This document shows, piece after piece, positions 19,358 to 29,326 of a stretch of 64,000 bases of DNA. The notes beneath the pieces are model-generated. The model searched no databases and had not been told where the DNA came from. It saw nothing but the letters and a program-made list of their open reading frames with translations. A program made the position numbers and the translations under genes. Source of the DNA: Nitrospinaceae bacterium (GTDB lineage Bacteria > Nitrospinota > Nitrospinia > Nitrospinales > Nitrospinaceae); contig OZ250172.1 in NCBI GenBank assembly GCA_965237905.1, positions 2,208,001 to 2,272,000 on the forward strand. Direction: 5' to 3'. Every line of letters starts with the position of its first letter. The stretch's first letter is position 1.

Positions 19358-19386
19358 AGCCCCCTAGCCCCCTTCGGAGAAGGGGG
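19358..19386 (+). repeat. Hairpin repeat downstream of mnmE
   Basis: GCCCCCTTCGGAGAAGGGGG also at 20825-20844. Confidence 0.8.
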
Positions 19387-19393
19387 GACAAAA

Positions 19394-20770
19394 TCACTTA
19401 CCAATACAGAAATCGACAAAGATCTGGTCGAGGAGGTCGTCGACGAAGGTTTTGCCGAGGATGCCGCCGAGGTGCTCGAGGGCGATGTTGAGGTCGACGG
19501 CGATGAGGTCTTCAGACCGGTCTTCCTGCAGGGATTGCGACACGCGCCCCAGCGCTTCCTGCGCCAGCGCCAGCGCCTGCCGGTGTCGTTCGCGTGTGAT
19601 CACCACCGCTTCGCCCGACGTTCTTCCCCCCAGCGCGGACTGATACAGGGCATCTTTTAAGGCGTCCATTCCATCCCCCGTCGTCGCCGACAGCGCCAGG
19701 AGGGCGGGGCCCTCAGCCAGCTTTTCCAGATCGGCGCCATCCAGTTTCTGCGGCAGATCGCTTTTGTTGAGGAGGACGAGTTTCTTTTTATCGGCCACTT
19801 CTTTAATCAGCATGGCGTCGTTGGTGTCGAGTGCCTGCGATCCGTCGAAGATCACCAGCGCGAGATCCGCCTGCGCCAGCGCGTGCCTTGTGCGCTCGAT
19901 GCCGTGCTCTTCGATTGTGCCCGGCTGGTGGCGGAGTCCGGCGGTATCGACAATCGTAATGTGGATGTCCCGGATGCGCACGCGTTCTTCGAGTGTGTCG
20001 CGCGTGGTGCCGGGGTGGGGGGTGACGATGGCGCGGTCTTCCTGCAACAGCGCGTTGAGCAGTGACGATTTGCCGACATTCGGTTTGCCGACCAGCGCGA
20101 CCCTTAAGCCTTCGCGGTAAATCCTGCCCTGGCGGTAGGAGTCGACCAGCTTTTTGATTTCCGCGTGTGTCCCCTGGATATTTTTATCGAGTTGTTGTTT
20201 CTGGGTGAACTCGAGTCCTTCTTCCGGGAAGTCGATCGCCGCCTCCAACTGCGCGAGGACCTGCACCAGCGCATCGTACAGTGCGTTGAGTTTGTCCGAG
20301 AGTTGGCCCTTGAGTTGGGCGAGGGCGGACGCCAGGGCTTTGTCCGACGCGGCGTGAATGACGTCGGCCACCGCTTCCGCCTGCGACAGGTCGAGCCTGC
20401 CATTGAGAAACGCGCGGCGTGTGAACTCGCCGGGTTCGGCGGCACGCGCTCCCTGGTCGAGCACGAGTTGCAAAATTTTCGAGGAGACATAGGTGCCGCC
20501 GTGGCCGTGAATTTCGATCACGTCTTCGCCGGTATAACTGTGCGGCGCGCGGAAGCGGATCAGCAGAACCTCGTCGACTGCCTGGCCGTTGGCGGGGTCG
20601 ATCAGGTTGCCGTAAACCACCCTCTGCGGTTCGAGGTCGGTTACCTTACCTCCGCCTTGCGGTTGGAACAGGGCCGAGGCGATGGGCACGGCTTCGGGGC
20701 CGCTGATGCGGATGATGTTGATGCCGCCTTCACCGATGGGTGTGGCAATGGCGGCGACTGTATCGTTCAT
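19394..20770 (-). CDS. mnmE: tRNA modification GTPase MnmE
   Basis: AAIATP, PHSYTGED, GKPNVGKSS, GTTRD, FCIGK. Confidence 0.97.
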   Translation of the reverse strand: MNDTVAAIATPIGEGGINIIRISGPEAVPIASALFQPQGGGKVTDLEPQRVVYGNLIDPANGQAVDEVLLIRFRAPHSYTGEDVIEIHGHGGTYVSSKILQLVLDQGARAAEPGEFTRRAFLNGRLDLSQAEAVADVIHAASDKALASALAQLKGQLSDKLNALYDALVQVLAQLEAAIDFPEEGLEFTQKQQLDKNIQGTHAEIKKLVDSYRQGRIYREGLRVALVGKPNVGKSSLLNALLQEDRAIVTPHPGTTRDTLEERVRIRDIHITIVDTAGLRHQPGTIEEHGIERTRHALAQADLALVIFDGSQALDTNDAMLIKEVADKKKLVLLNKSDLPQKLDGADLEKLAEGPALLALSATTGDGMDALKDALYQSALGGRTSGEAVVITRERHRQALALAQEALGRVSQSLQEDRSEDLIAVDLNIALEHLGGILGKTFVDDLLDQIFVDFCIGK

Positions 20771-20815
20771 AATGAAGATAACCGATTTTTATTTATACAA
20801 AAGGCAGAAGGAATA

Positions 20816-20905
20816 AGCCCCCCGGCCCCCTTCGGAGAAGGGGGAGGCGGAGGACCTCCGCTGGTAATATACAACCTAGATCCTTCGCTCACGCTCAGGA
20901 TGACA
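20816..20905. repeat. Miniature repeats between yidC and mnmE
   Basis: CCCCCTTCGGAGAAGGGGG and AGATCCTTCGCTCACGCTCAGGATGAC. Confidence 0.75.
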
Positions 20906-20974
20906 ATAAGGGAATTGCGCCCAGTGATTATTGTGTGCGAGCAACTGTCAGCCAGTTCCCCGTCCCGGTAGGGA

Positions 20975-22663
20975 CTAGTCTTTTGCTACATGGTAGATAT
21001 AGTATTGCTGGGCGATGGTCAACAGGTTGTTGACGGTCCAGTAGATGACCAGTCCGGAGGGGAAGGTGATGAACAGAAAGGTGAAGATGATGGGCATGAA
21101 CATGAAAATCTTCTGCTGCATCGGGTCGGCGGTGGAGGGCGTCATTTTCTGTTGCAGGAACATGGTGGCGCCCATCAGCACGGGGGTGACGTAATAGGGG
21201 TCCTGTGCGGAGAGGTCCTGAATCCACAGCATGAACGGCGCGCCGCGCAGTTCGATGGAAAAGAACAGGGCGTGATAGAGCGAGATGAAGACCGGAATCT
21301 GCAACAGCATGGGCAGACAGCCGCCGAGCGGGTTGACCTTGTATTTTTTGTAGAGGCCCATCATCTCCTCGTTGATTTTCTGCCGGTCGCCCTTGTGCCG
21401 CTCCTGAATGACTTTGATGTACGGTGCGATTTTCTGCATGCCCTTCATCGACTTGAAGCTTTTGTGCGTCAGCGGGAACAGAATCATTTTGATGACGATG
21501 GTGAGGCAGATAATGGCCCAGCCGTAGTTGCCGATGATCCCGTAAAAAAAGCTGAGGGCTTTCAGCATGGGTTTCACCAGGAAGGCGAACTTGTTGCCCA
21601 GCCAGCCGTAGTCGATCAGGCGGAACAGTTTGTGGCCAGAGTTCTCCAGCGTTTCCAGATTTTTGGTGCCGACGTACAGCAAATGCGTGGCCGAGGCGGA
21701 CGATTGCACCGACTCGAAATTGAGCCCGACGTAAACCTGGTCTTCGCTCTTTTTGACGACCCGGGCAGACTTGATGCCTTTATCGGGAATCAGTGCCGCG
21801 GCGAAATATTTGTTCTGGAACGAAGTCCATTCAATGTCCCCGCGATAAGTGATGGATGATTTCTCCATATCCTCGGGCCGGGTTTCCTCCCGTTCGTTGT
21901 TCGCGAACGTGGTGGGTCCGTTGAACGAGATGAAGTCGGCCTTCATTTCCACCGCTCCGCCCAGGCCGGGTCCCCAGAGGACGGAGTACTGCAGGTTTTC
22001 CGCGATCATGTTGGGGGCTTTGATTTGGGTGTCTACGGAAATCAAGGCGTTGTCCCATTCGAAATGAAAGGTGCGCGTTACCTCGAAACCGGAGGGGTGT
22101 TGCAAATGGAACACCAGGTCGGATGAGGGATTAAACTCGTTGATTTCGATGAATTGTTTTGACGGTTGAAAATGACCGTTCGCCAGCACCTGATTGACCG
22201 TCGCGTGCTCTGTCTCCAGAGTCAGCGGGTATTTGGCGCCTGGAACCTGCGGGATCAGGTCGATGGGTCCGTCTCCCTCGAGATTGGTGTATTGGTGCAT
22301 TTCGACATGTTTGAGCACGCCGCCACGGCTGGAAAAGATCAACGTGGTTTGGCCTTTGGTGACGTTCACCAGAATTTCTGCATGCGTTTCCGGAACCTGT
22401 GTAGAGGGCGCGGATTGTTGCGACTCGGGCACCGTTGGCTCGGTTTCACCCGAGGGCAGAGATTGGGACGGTAGCGGTTGTGACGGCAGAGCAGGGACTT
22501 CCGGAGTGCCGGGTAACGGGGCACTTTTTGGCCCTTGCGCGGGTTGCTCGATCTCGCCGGTTGCTTCCTGTGGCGGTGGCGGCGAAATTTTTGACAGAAA
22601 CACTCCCCAAAAAATGAAGACCACCAGTGACAGCCCGAAAGCGATCATCGCTCTATTTTCCAA
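20975..22663 (-). CDS. yidC: Membrane protein insertase YidC
   Basis: NPLGGCLPMLLQIP, WIQDLS..DPYY, PSGLVIYW. Confidence 0.96.
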   Translation of the reverse strand: MENRAMIAFGLSLVVFIFWGVFLSKISPPPPQEATGEIEQPAQGPKSAPLPGTPEVPALPSQPLPSQSLPSGETEPTVPESQQSAPSTQVPETHAEILVNVTKGQTTLIFSSRGGVLKHVEMHQYTNLEGDGPIDLIPQVPGAKYPLTLETEHATVNQVLANGHFQPSKQFIEINEFNPSSDLVFHLQHPSGFEVTRTFHFEWDNALISVDTQIKAPNMIAENLQYSVLWGPGLGGAVEMKADFISFNGPTTFANNEREETRPEDMEKSSITYRGDIEWTSFQNKYFAAALIPDKGIKSARVVKKSEDQVYVGLNFESVQSSASATHLLYVGTKNLETLENSGHKLFRLIDYGWLGNKFAFLVKPMLKALSFFYGIIGNYGWAIICLTIVIKMILFPLTHKSFKSMKGMQKIAPYIKVIQERHKGDRQKINEEMMGLYKKYKVNPLGGCLPMLLQIPVFISLYHALFFSIELRGAPFMLWIQDLSAQDPYYVTPVLMGATMFLQQKMTPSTADPMQQKIFMFMPIIFTFLFITFPSGLVIYWTVNNLLTIAQQYYIYHVAKD

Positions 22664-22680
22664 CGTTCAATCTCCTGTCA

Positions 22681-22893
22681 TTATTTGAGCGGATCGTGTC
22701 CCCCTTCATGCCAGGGGTGGCATTTCATCAGCCGGGCCACAATCAACCCTGCGGCTTTGAACAGCGAAAACCGTTCCAGGGCCTGGCAGGAATATTCCGA
22801 GCAGGAGGGATGAAAGCGGCATGCGGGCATCAGCATGGGCGAAATCCATCTTTGATAAAAGCGAATCGCTAATTTAAAAATCCGGTTCAACAT
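22681..22893 (-). CDS. yidD: Membrane protein insertion efficiency factor
   Basis: YQRWISP, CRFHPSCSEY, KCHPWHEGGHDP. Confidence 0.95.
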   Translation of the reverse strand: MLNRIFKLAIRFYQRWISPMLMPACRFHPSCSEYSCQALERFSLFKAAGLIVARLMKCHPWHEGGHDPLK

Positions 22894-22948
22894 GGTTCAA
22901 CTATTCTTGAGGGAAACAATGAGGTGATAACGGGTTTCAAGGATTACT

Positions 22949-23293
22949 TTATTGCGCGGCCTGAAGTGTTTGTGTCAGTTTTTGTTCCAGGAGGGCATAA
23001 GGCAGGTTGACCAGTTTTCTCGCGGAGACCACCACGATATCCATGTCTTGTCCCCCCAGGTTTTTATGGCGCCGGAAGATTTCCCTGATTTTCCGTTTAG
23101 CCCGGTTCCGGTCCACCGCATTGCCGATTTTTCGTGAAGCGATGATTCCTAACCGTTTCCGGCCTAATGGGTTGGGGAGAAAAAACAAAGTGCAGGTGCG
23201 ATCCACCGTTTTTTTCCGGCCCTGGGTCATTACCTTTTTGAAATCGGAGCGGGCCAGCAACCGTTCATCCTTGGTAAACGACTGGTTCACCAT
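22949..23293 (-). CDS. rnpA: Ribonuclease P protein component
   Basis: RLG..SRKIGNAVDRNRAKR; synteny. Confidence 0.95.
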   Translation of the reverse strand: MVNQSFTKDERLLARSDFKKVMTQGRKKTVDRTCTLFFLPNPLGRKRLGIIASRKIGNAVDRNRAKRKIREIFRRHKNLGGQDMDIVVVSARKLVNLPYALLEQKLTQTLQAAQ

Positions 23294-23296
23294 GAC

Positions 23297-23431
23297 TCAG
23301 ACCGCCAGCCGTTTGCGTCCTTTTCGCCGTCGGTTGGCCAATACCCGGCGCCCTCCTACAGTGGCACTACGGGCGCGGAACCCATGGGTCCGTTTTCTGC
23401 GTAAATTTTTGGGTTGATACGTTCGTTTCAT
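23297..23431 (-). CDS. rpmH: 50S ribosomal protein L34
   Basis: Manual translation [44 protein letters not shown]. Confidence 0.97.
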   Translation of the reverse strand: MKRTYQPKNLRRKRTHGFRARSATVGGRRVLANRRRKGRKRLAV

Positions 23432-23760
23432 ACAATGCCCCAGACCGCAATTAGCTATAACTAATTGATTTCAAAAGAGTTAATTGATTTTAGGAAAATG
23501 GTGCAGGAAATCAGCATCGATTATTTCATCCGGCCTGACGCTTGTCAAGGGAAGTTTTCTGGCGTGCTCAGAGAGGCAGTCGTCCTTTGCGGCTTTTCCG
23601 TAGGAAATGAATTACTAATCGTATTTTCAGACAGTTCCACAAATATTTCTATTTACATCAAGGGTGAATTTGCTATCATAAGTTTATCCTAATTGTTTAA
23701 AAAAAAAGGCCTAAGTGGAGTTTTCACTGTCGCCGACCCATTTGAAGAAGGAGCTTGGTT

Positions 23761-24834
23761 ATGGCTCGTTGGAACACAATCCCTGGATACACCTTAATGG
23801 CTTTAACAGGCTTGATCCTGTCCGGAAATCCGGTTTTCGCGGAATCGTCTGAGAAACAAATATATCAAGTGGCGCAAAACGTACCCGGACTGGATACTCT
23901 CGATGAGGGGAAAGGAACCCTGGGCGGGGAAGAAGAGAAACCGTTCATAGAGACTTCAGAAGAAGGCAAGAAAAGATTCAAAAGGACCGAAGGTATTCAA
24001 GCCAAAGAGGTGCTTTCAACGACTGGAGATCTGGGGGACGATGCCAAAACATTGATTCCTTATTCCCAGTTTTTCACCGCGGGATATGTGGGAGAGGAAA
24101 TGGATCCGGTAGGCGGTATTTTAGGCGTCCGGGCGACAAGATCCTACGGGGGCTTGATTTCCATTGATGCCATGACGGTGACGGACTTTATTTACATGGA
24201 TATTGGGCAGGAAGATGATGTTGAGGTGGGAGACCGCTTCATTGTGTATTCACAGTACTACGAAATCCTCCATCCTCTGCAAACCTTTCTCGTCACCTTT
24301 GAAAGGGAAATTGATTTGCTGGACGGCCCCTACGAGGGCGATTTCTATTATAATACGTTTGCTCCCCAGACTGATGTAGTTGGGAGTCAAATCCTGGTCA
24401 AAGGAGTGATCCGGGTCACAGAGACGGCGAGCATTACTTCCAAAGCGGTTGTTGAGCAGGCCTTTAATCCGATCCACGTTGATGACCTCATCGTCCCCTT
24501 TCCTGAAAGGCGTCCCCCCATGATAGCCCTGAATTATATTCCTCCGAAAAAGGATATCCAGGGATATATTCTCGGTAACCGTGGCAACAATCTGATGTTC
24601 ACCATGAATGATGTGGTGTTTCTCGATCAGGGGGAAGAAGATGGGGTGGATGTGGGAGATCGTTTCGAGATTTATGCGTATCCTCTGACCATCGATGAAG
24701 ATGAAGATGATATCAATCCTGAAGTTATCGGTGAAATCGCTGTTATTTCCCTTCAGGAAGATACAGCCACGGGGGTCATTCTGAATGTTACCGAACCGAT
24801 CATCCCGGGTCACAAGGTCCGAAGCAAACGCTGA
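23761..24834 (+). CDS. Secreted acidic protein with two FlgT-C-like beta domains
   Basis: Signal peptide; repeated YMDIGQEDDVEVGDRF / FLDQGEEDGVDVGDRF. Confidence 0.6.
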   Translation: MARWNTIPGYTLMALTGLILSGNPVFAESSEKQIYQVAQNVPGLDTLDEGKGTLGGEEEKPFIETSEEGKKRFKRTEGIQAKEVLSTTGDLGDDAKTLIPYSQFFTAGYVGEEMDPVGGILGVRATRSYGGLISIDAMTVTDFIYMDIGQEDDVEVGDRFIVYSQYYEILHPLQTFLVTFEREIDLLDGPYEGDFYYNTFAPQTDVVGSQILVKGVIRVTETASITSKAVVEQAFNPIHVDDLIVPFPERRPPMIALNYIPPKKDIQGYILGNRGNNLMFTMNDVVFLDQGEEDGVDVGDRFEIYAYPLTIDEDEDDINPEVIGEIAVISLQEDTATGVILNVTEPIIPGHKVRSKR

Positions 24835-24838
24835 AGAC

Positions 24839-26047
24839 TCAGGTCGTGATTTTCAGAAACCGTTTTTTCCCCACCTTGATCAGGTATTCCTGATCTCCGT
24901 TCAGGGTCAGGTTTTCATCAGTGACCTTTTCCCCATCGACCGATACGGCGCCTTGCTTGATCATGCGTTTGGCATCCGAGGTGCTGGGGCAGACCTTGGC
25001 ATCGGATAGCACTTTTCCAATCCAGCGCGGTTCCGCTCCCCAGGTTTTCAGTGTGGGAATATCCTTGGGGATGTTTTTATCCTTGAATACATTCTCAAAT
25101 TCCTGGGTGGCTTGTTCTGCGGCTTCTTCGGAATGGTAACGTGCCACCAACTCCTTACCCAGTTGCACCTTAACATGCTTCGGATTCATCCCTCCATTCA
25201 CAGTTTTATCTTGAAGTGTCTTTAAATCGCTCGCCGCGATATCGCTCAACAATTCAAAATAACGCCACATGAGATCGTCAGAGATCGACATGATTTTCCC
25301 GAACATTTCTCCCGGCGGGTCCATCACGCCGATACTGTTGCCCAGGCTTTTGCTCATTTTCTGAACGCCATCCGTTCCTTCCAGCAAGGGCATGGTGATG
25401 ATGTTCTGCGGCTCGATCTTGTAGGCTCGTTGCAGATCCCTTCCCACCAGCAGATTGAATTTTTGATCGGTACCTCCCAATTCCACCTCCGATTTCATGG
25501 CCACCGAATCGTATCCCTGAATCAACGGATACAACAGTTCGTGAATAGAGACGGGTTGATTGTTGGCCAGGCGTTTTTGAAAATCGTCGCGTTCGATCAT
25601 GCGGGCGACGGTGTATCGAGCGGCGAGATTGATCATGTCTGTCGAGGAGAACTTGTTCATCCACTCACTGTTGAACATGACAGTGGTTTTGTTTTTATCG
25701 AGGATTTTATACACCTGCTCCAGATAGGTTTGGGCATTGACCTTGACTTCTTCCGGCGTCAGGCTTTTGCGGGTTTCGGATTTGCCGGTCGGGTCGCCGA
25801 TCATCCCCGTGAAATCGCCAATCAGAAACACCACTTCGTGGCCCAGCTCCTGGAACTGTTTCATCTTTTGCAGAAGCACCGTATGGCCGAGGTGCAGATC
25901 TGGAGCCGTGGGATCGAAGCCGGCCTTGACTCGCAGGGGCTTGCCTGTTTTAATGGATTTCTCCAAAGCGCGGGCCAGGTCTTTTTCGTCTATAATTTCC
26001 GACGTGCCGCGTTTGATGATTTTAAGTTGTTCTTGGACGGAGGCCAT
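24839..26047 (-). CDS. tyrS: Tyrosine--tRNA ligase
   Basis: [19 protein letters not shown]-terminal S4 domain. Confidence 0.97.
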   Translation of the reverse strand: MASVQEQLKIIKRGTSEIIDEKDLARALEKSIKTGKPLRVKAGFDPTAPDLHLGHTVLLQKMKQFQELGHEVVFLIGDFTGMIGDPTGKSETRKSLTPEEVKVNAQTYLEQVYKILDKNKTTVMFNSEWMNKFSSTDMINLAARYTVARMIERDDFQKRLANNQPVSIHELLYPLIQGYDSVAMKSEVELGGTDQKFNLLVGRDLQRAYKIEPQNIITMPLLEGTDGVQKMSKSLGNSIGVMDPPGEMFGKIMSISDDLMWRYFELLSDIAASDLKTLQDKTVNGGMNPKHVKVQLGKELVARYHSEEAAEQATQEFENVFKDKNIPKDIPTLKTWGAEPRWIGKVLSDAKVCPSTSDAKRMIKQGAVSVDGEKVTDENLTLNGDQEYLIKVGKKRFLKITT

Positions 26048-26175
26048 GGCTTCGTGGGAAAGGATGGTCACTAAAAGGGGAAAGCTATCATACCCCCTTG
26101 CAAACTGCAATCGGTTTGGGAAGAAAGACCGTCAAGCGGTTTGCCGGCTTTTATCATTCACTCAATGAGTTCATC

Positions 26176-26541
26176 ATGTCAGAATCCCAACCTCTATCCG
26201 CGCGCCTGAAAAAATACCATCAGGCCGCCATCGGTTTTGTGTTGTTGAACGTAGCCTATCTGATTCTGAGTTATTGGAAGGTGCCTTCCTTTGATATTAC
26301 TCCTGCCAAGGCCGCAGGATATCTGGTTTTTTTGGTGATTTTTATCGGGGGGTTGTCCGTTTTTATATACCGGGGTTCCCGGAAGCTGGTGTTGGTGTTA
26401 GCGGCGTTTTATGCCGGGCGTATTCTGTTTTCTTCGTATACGCTTGTAATGGGAACGGCGTTTCCACTGGTTCCCTATGTGTTACCCACAACCCTTATCA
26501 GTTTTTATCTGTTTGGGCGGGCGCTCTGGAACTGGCCTTGA
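26176..26541 (+). CDS. Small 4-TM membrane protein
   Basis: Four hydrophobic segments; directly upstream of hutH. Confidence 0.7.
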   Translation: MSESQPLSARLKKYHQAAIGFVLLNVAYLILSYWKVPSFDITPAKAAGYLVFLVIFIGGLSVFIYRGSRKLVLVLAAFYAGRILFSSYTLVMGTAFPLVPYVLPTTLISFYLFGRALWNWP

Positions 26542-26569
26542 ACTGTTTAACGACTCTGGATAACTTGCG

Positions 26570-28096
26570 ATGAAGCCTTTGGTATTGAACGGCGACCAAC
26601 TGACTTTGGATGACGCGGTCTCCGCCTTACGCGGCGGGGCCTCCGTCAAAATATCGTCTGAGGCTAAACAAAGGGTGAAGGCGGCGCGGTTGCATATCGA
26701 TGCGGCCGTCCGCGAGAAAAAGGTGATCTATGGCATCACCACCGGGTTCGGCGCGTTCAGTGATGTGACTATTTCCCGCGCCCAGGGAAAACAGCTTCAA
26801 AAAAATATTCTCATGAGCCATGCCGCAGGTGTGGGGAATCCTTTAGCAGATGATATGGTTCGCTGTGCTTTGCTGTTGATGATCAACAGTAAAGCCAAGG
26901 GGCATTCCGGCCTGCGTCCTAAAACCCTGGACACATTAATCGGGTTATTCAATAAAAAGGTGGTTCCTGTCGTTCCGGAACAGGGATCGGTGGGGGCCAG
27001 TGGCGACCTCGCGCCTTTGGCACACCTGTCGTTGGTGCTGATCGGACGGGGCCAGGCGCGTTACCAGGGTCGGACGCTTTCGGGAGCGCAGGCGCTCAAA
27101 CGCGCCGGCATCGCTCCCGTCGAGTTGGCGGAAGGGGAGGGCCTGGCCCTCATCAACGGGACTCAGGTCATGACAGCCATCGGCGTACTCAACTTGCACC
27201 GGGCCATCCAATTGGCCAAGGTCCTGGACATCGCCGCTTCGATGAGTCTCGAAGTATTACTGGGAAGCAACAAGCAATTCCACAAACGCATTCATCACCT
27301 ACGACCGCATCCGGGGCAGATCGATTCCGCCGCCAACATGCGGCGCATCACCGATGGCAGTGAGATTATTTCTTCACACAAGGATTGCGGGCGCGTGCAG
27401 GATGCCTATTCCCTACGGTGCGTGCCGCAGGTGCATGGCGCCAGCCGCGATACTTTGGCTCACGTCAAGCGGGTTGTCGAAACGGAAATGAATTCCGCCA
27501 CCGAAAATCCACTGGTGTTTCCCAACGGGCAGGTGATGTCCGGCGGAAACTTTCACGGCCAGCCGGTGGCGCTGGTGATGGATTTTCTGGCCATTGCGCT
27601 GGCGGAATTTGCCAGTATTTCCGAAAGGCGCGTGGAACGGATGGTCAATCCCATGCTGAGCGGACTGCCATCATTCCTGATTGAGGAAGGCGGAGTGAAC
27701 TCCGGCTTCATGATCGTCCAATACACCGCCGCGGCGTTGGTGTCGGAAAACAAGGTGCTGGCACATCCGGCTTCCGTCGATTCGATCCCGACGTCCGCCA
27801 ACAAGGAAGATCATGTGAGCATGGGGACGATTGCCGCACGCAAGGCGGGTCAGGTGTTGGAGAATGTCAAGCAGGTGGCGGCCATCGAATTGTTGTGCGC
27901 GGCACAGGCGTTGGATTTGTTCACCAACCTGAAGCCGGGAAAAGGATCGCTCGCTGCTTACAAAGTGATCCGCCGCCACATCAAACATATGAAGCGCGAT
28001 CGGGAGCTGGCGCCGGATATTGCAACCGTCGCCGCCCTCATTGATAATGATGAAATATTAAAGGCCGTCGAAAAAACCTCCGGACCTCTCTTGTAA
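26570..28096 (+). CDS. hutH: Histidine ammonia-lyase
   Basis: GSVGASGDL (MIO), YGITTGFG, LMSHAAG, QDAYSLRC, GGNFHG. Confidence 0.93.
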   Translation: MKPLVLNGDQLTLDDAVSALRGGASVKISSEAKQRVKAARLHIDAAVREKKVIYGITTGFGAFSDVTISRAQGKQLQKNILMSHAAGVGNPLADDMVRCALLLMINSKAKGHSGLRPKTLDTLIGLFNKKVVPVVPEQGSVGASGDLAPLAHLSLVLIGRGQARYQGRTLSGAQALKRAGIAPVELAEGEGLALINGTQVMTAIGVLNLHRAIQLAKVLDIAASMSLEVLLGSNKQFHKRIHHLRPHPGQIDSAANMRRITDGSEIISSHKDCGRVQDAYSLRCVPQVHGASRDTLAHVKRVVETEMNSATENPLVFPNGQVMSGGNFHGQPVALVMDFLAIALAEFASISERRVERMVNPMLSGLPSFLIEEGGVNSGFMIVQYTAAALVSENKVLAHPASVDSIPTSANKEDHVSMGTIAARKAGQVLENVKQVAAIELLCAAQALDLFTNLKPGKGSLAAYKVIRRHIKHMKRDRELAPDIATVAALIDNDEILKAVEKTSGPLL

Positions 28097-28128
28097 TCAA
28101 CCTTATTTTTGAGCCATCCTATCAATCA

Positions 28129-29247
28129 ATGAATTCTCCAATTTTTACAGATGATAAGGAACGTCTGCCTTTGCTGTCGGACGTCGGCCGTGCCTGGCAG
28201 GGGTTGGACCGTTCTTCCTCACCGGAGATGAGTGTCCGTCTGCGGGAGTTGTTGGAACATCTCAATACGCGTTTAGGGTTTGTAGCGACCGATGAGGGGA
28301 AACGTCACCAGGCCTCGTTTAACCTGATGCTCCGGTACGCGTATCCCGAGCTGATGATCGATCTGGCGGACCGGGTGTATGTCCAGCACGAACGCCCAAT
28401 GGTATTTTTGAATCAGGATCATATCAAAATGAACCGCAACGCCGATCCCGATCCGCCTCAGCCTTCAAAAGCTATTGAAGATTTCGGCCCGGACATGGAA
28501 GCCGAATTCCGAGAGCTGGCCGAGACGCTCAAAAATGGCAAGACGTTGCGGGAGGACCCGGTGGTGGTTCGCATGCTGGCGGAGAGTTACAGTTATTATA
28601 TGGCGTTAACCCAAAACTTTCCGTGGGAAGATCCGCTCAAGGACCAGATTCCGCCGGGCACCGCGCCGGTTCTGGATGTGGCGACGGGGTTAACGGGCTT
28701 CAGCCTCATACATGACTGGCCCGCGTCGCATCCCCTTCTGGTGCTGGCCGACAGCATGCCGTTCATCGTGGAGGGACTCACTCATTTTAAGAATCTGCTG
28801 GAAAGGCGGAATGTGGAAATCCTCCAAGCGGAATTTCCAGAGAGTCCCGGTGTTTCTTATAAGTTTGGGACCATTCACATCAGTAAGTTCCTGCACCATC
28901 TGCAAAGAGACGAACGTCAACAGTTTTTGCGCTGGGCGCAAAACCAGTTGACGTCCGGCGGGCAGTTGTCCATCATCGACACCGATCTTGAGAACCGGAT
29001 CTTGAGCGAAGCCGACGATCTGGATTACTCCAACAAACTGATACCGGGGTATCTCGAAACGTTGGTGAAAATAGAAGACCGGTTTTGTCACAACCTGGTG
29101 GATGATATTCGTGAAATGGGCTATACCGTCCGCAATTTTGATTTTCACGAGTACCACGACGAGACTGACGCCTACAGCCATTATCCCGGCGACGACCTGC
29201 CGATCAAATTCCTTGGCTTCGAAATCCTCGCGCAGAAAAACTTATGA
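28129..29247 (+). CDS. Putative class I SAM-dependent methyltransferase with N-terminal extension
   Basis: VLDVATGLTG, FLHHL, LTSGGQLSIID. Confidence 0.65.
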   Translation: MNSPIFTDDKERLPLLSDVGRAWQGLDRSSSPEMSVRLRELLEHLNTRLGFVATDEGKRHQASFNLMLRYAYPELMIDLADRVYVQHERPMVFLNQDHIKMNRNADPDPPQPSKAIEDFGPDMEAEFRELAETLKNGKTLREDPVVVRMLAESYSYYMALTQNFPWEDPLKDQIPPGTAPVLDVATGLTGFSLIHDWPASHPLLVLADSMPFIVEGLTHFKNLLERRNVEILQAEFPESPGVSYKFGTIHISKFLHHLQRDERQQFLRWAQNQLTSGGQLSIIDTDLENRILSEADDLDYSNKLIPGYLETLVKIEDRFCHNLVDDIREMGYTVRNFDFHEYHDETDAYSHYPGDDLPIKFLGFEILAQKNL

Positions 29248-29326
29248 TAAAAAACTTCCTGTAACCCTGGGCCGGTCGAAGGGAAGGAAATAAAAATTAA
29301 GGGACGTGTTCCTATCACAATTCATT

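Noticed and set aside
23712..23739. Possible sigma28 promoter before the FlgT-like gene
   Set aside because: 16-nt spacer and weak -10 (GCCGACCC)
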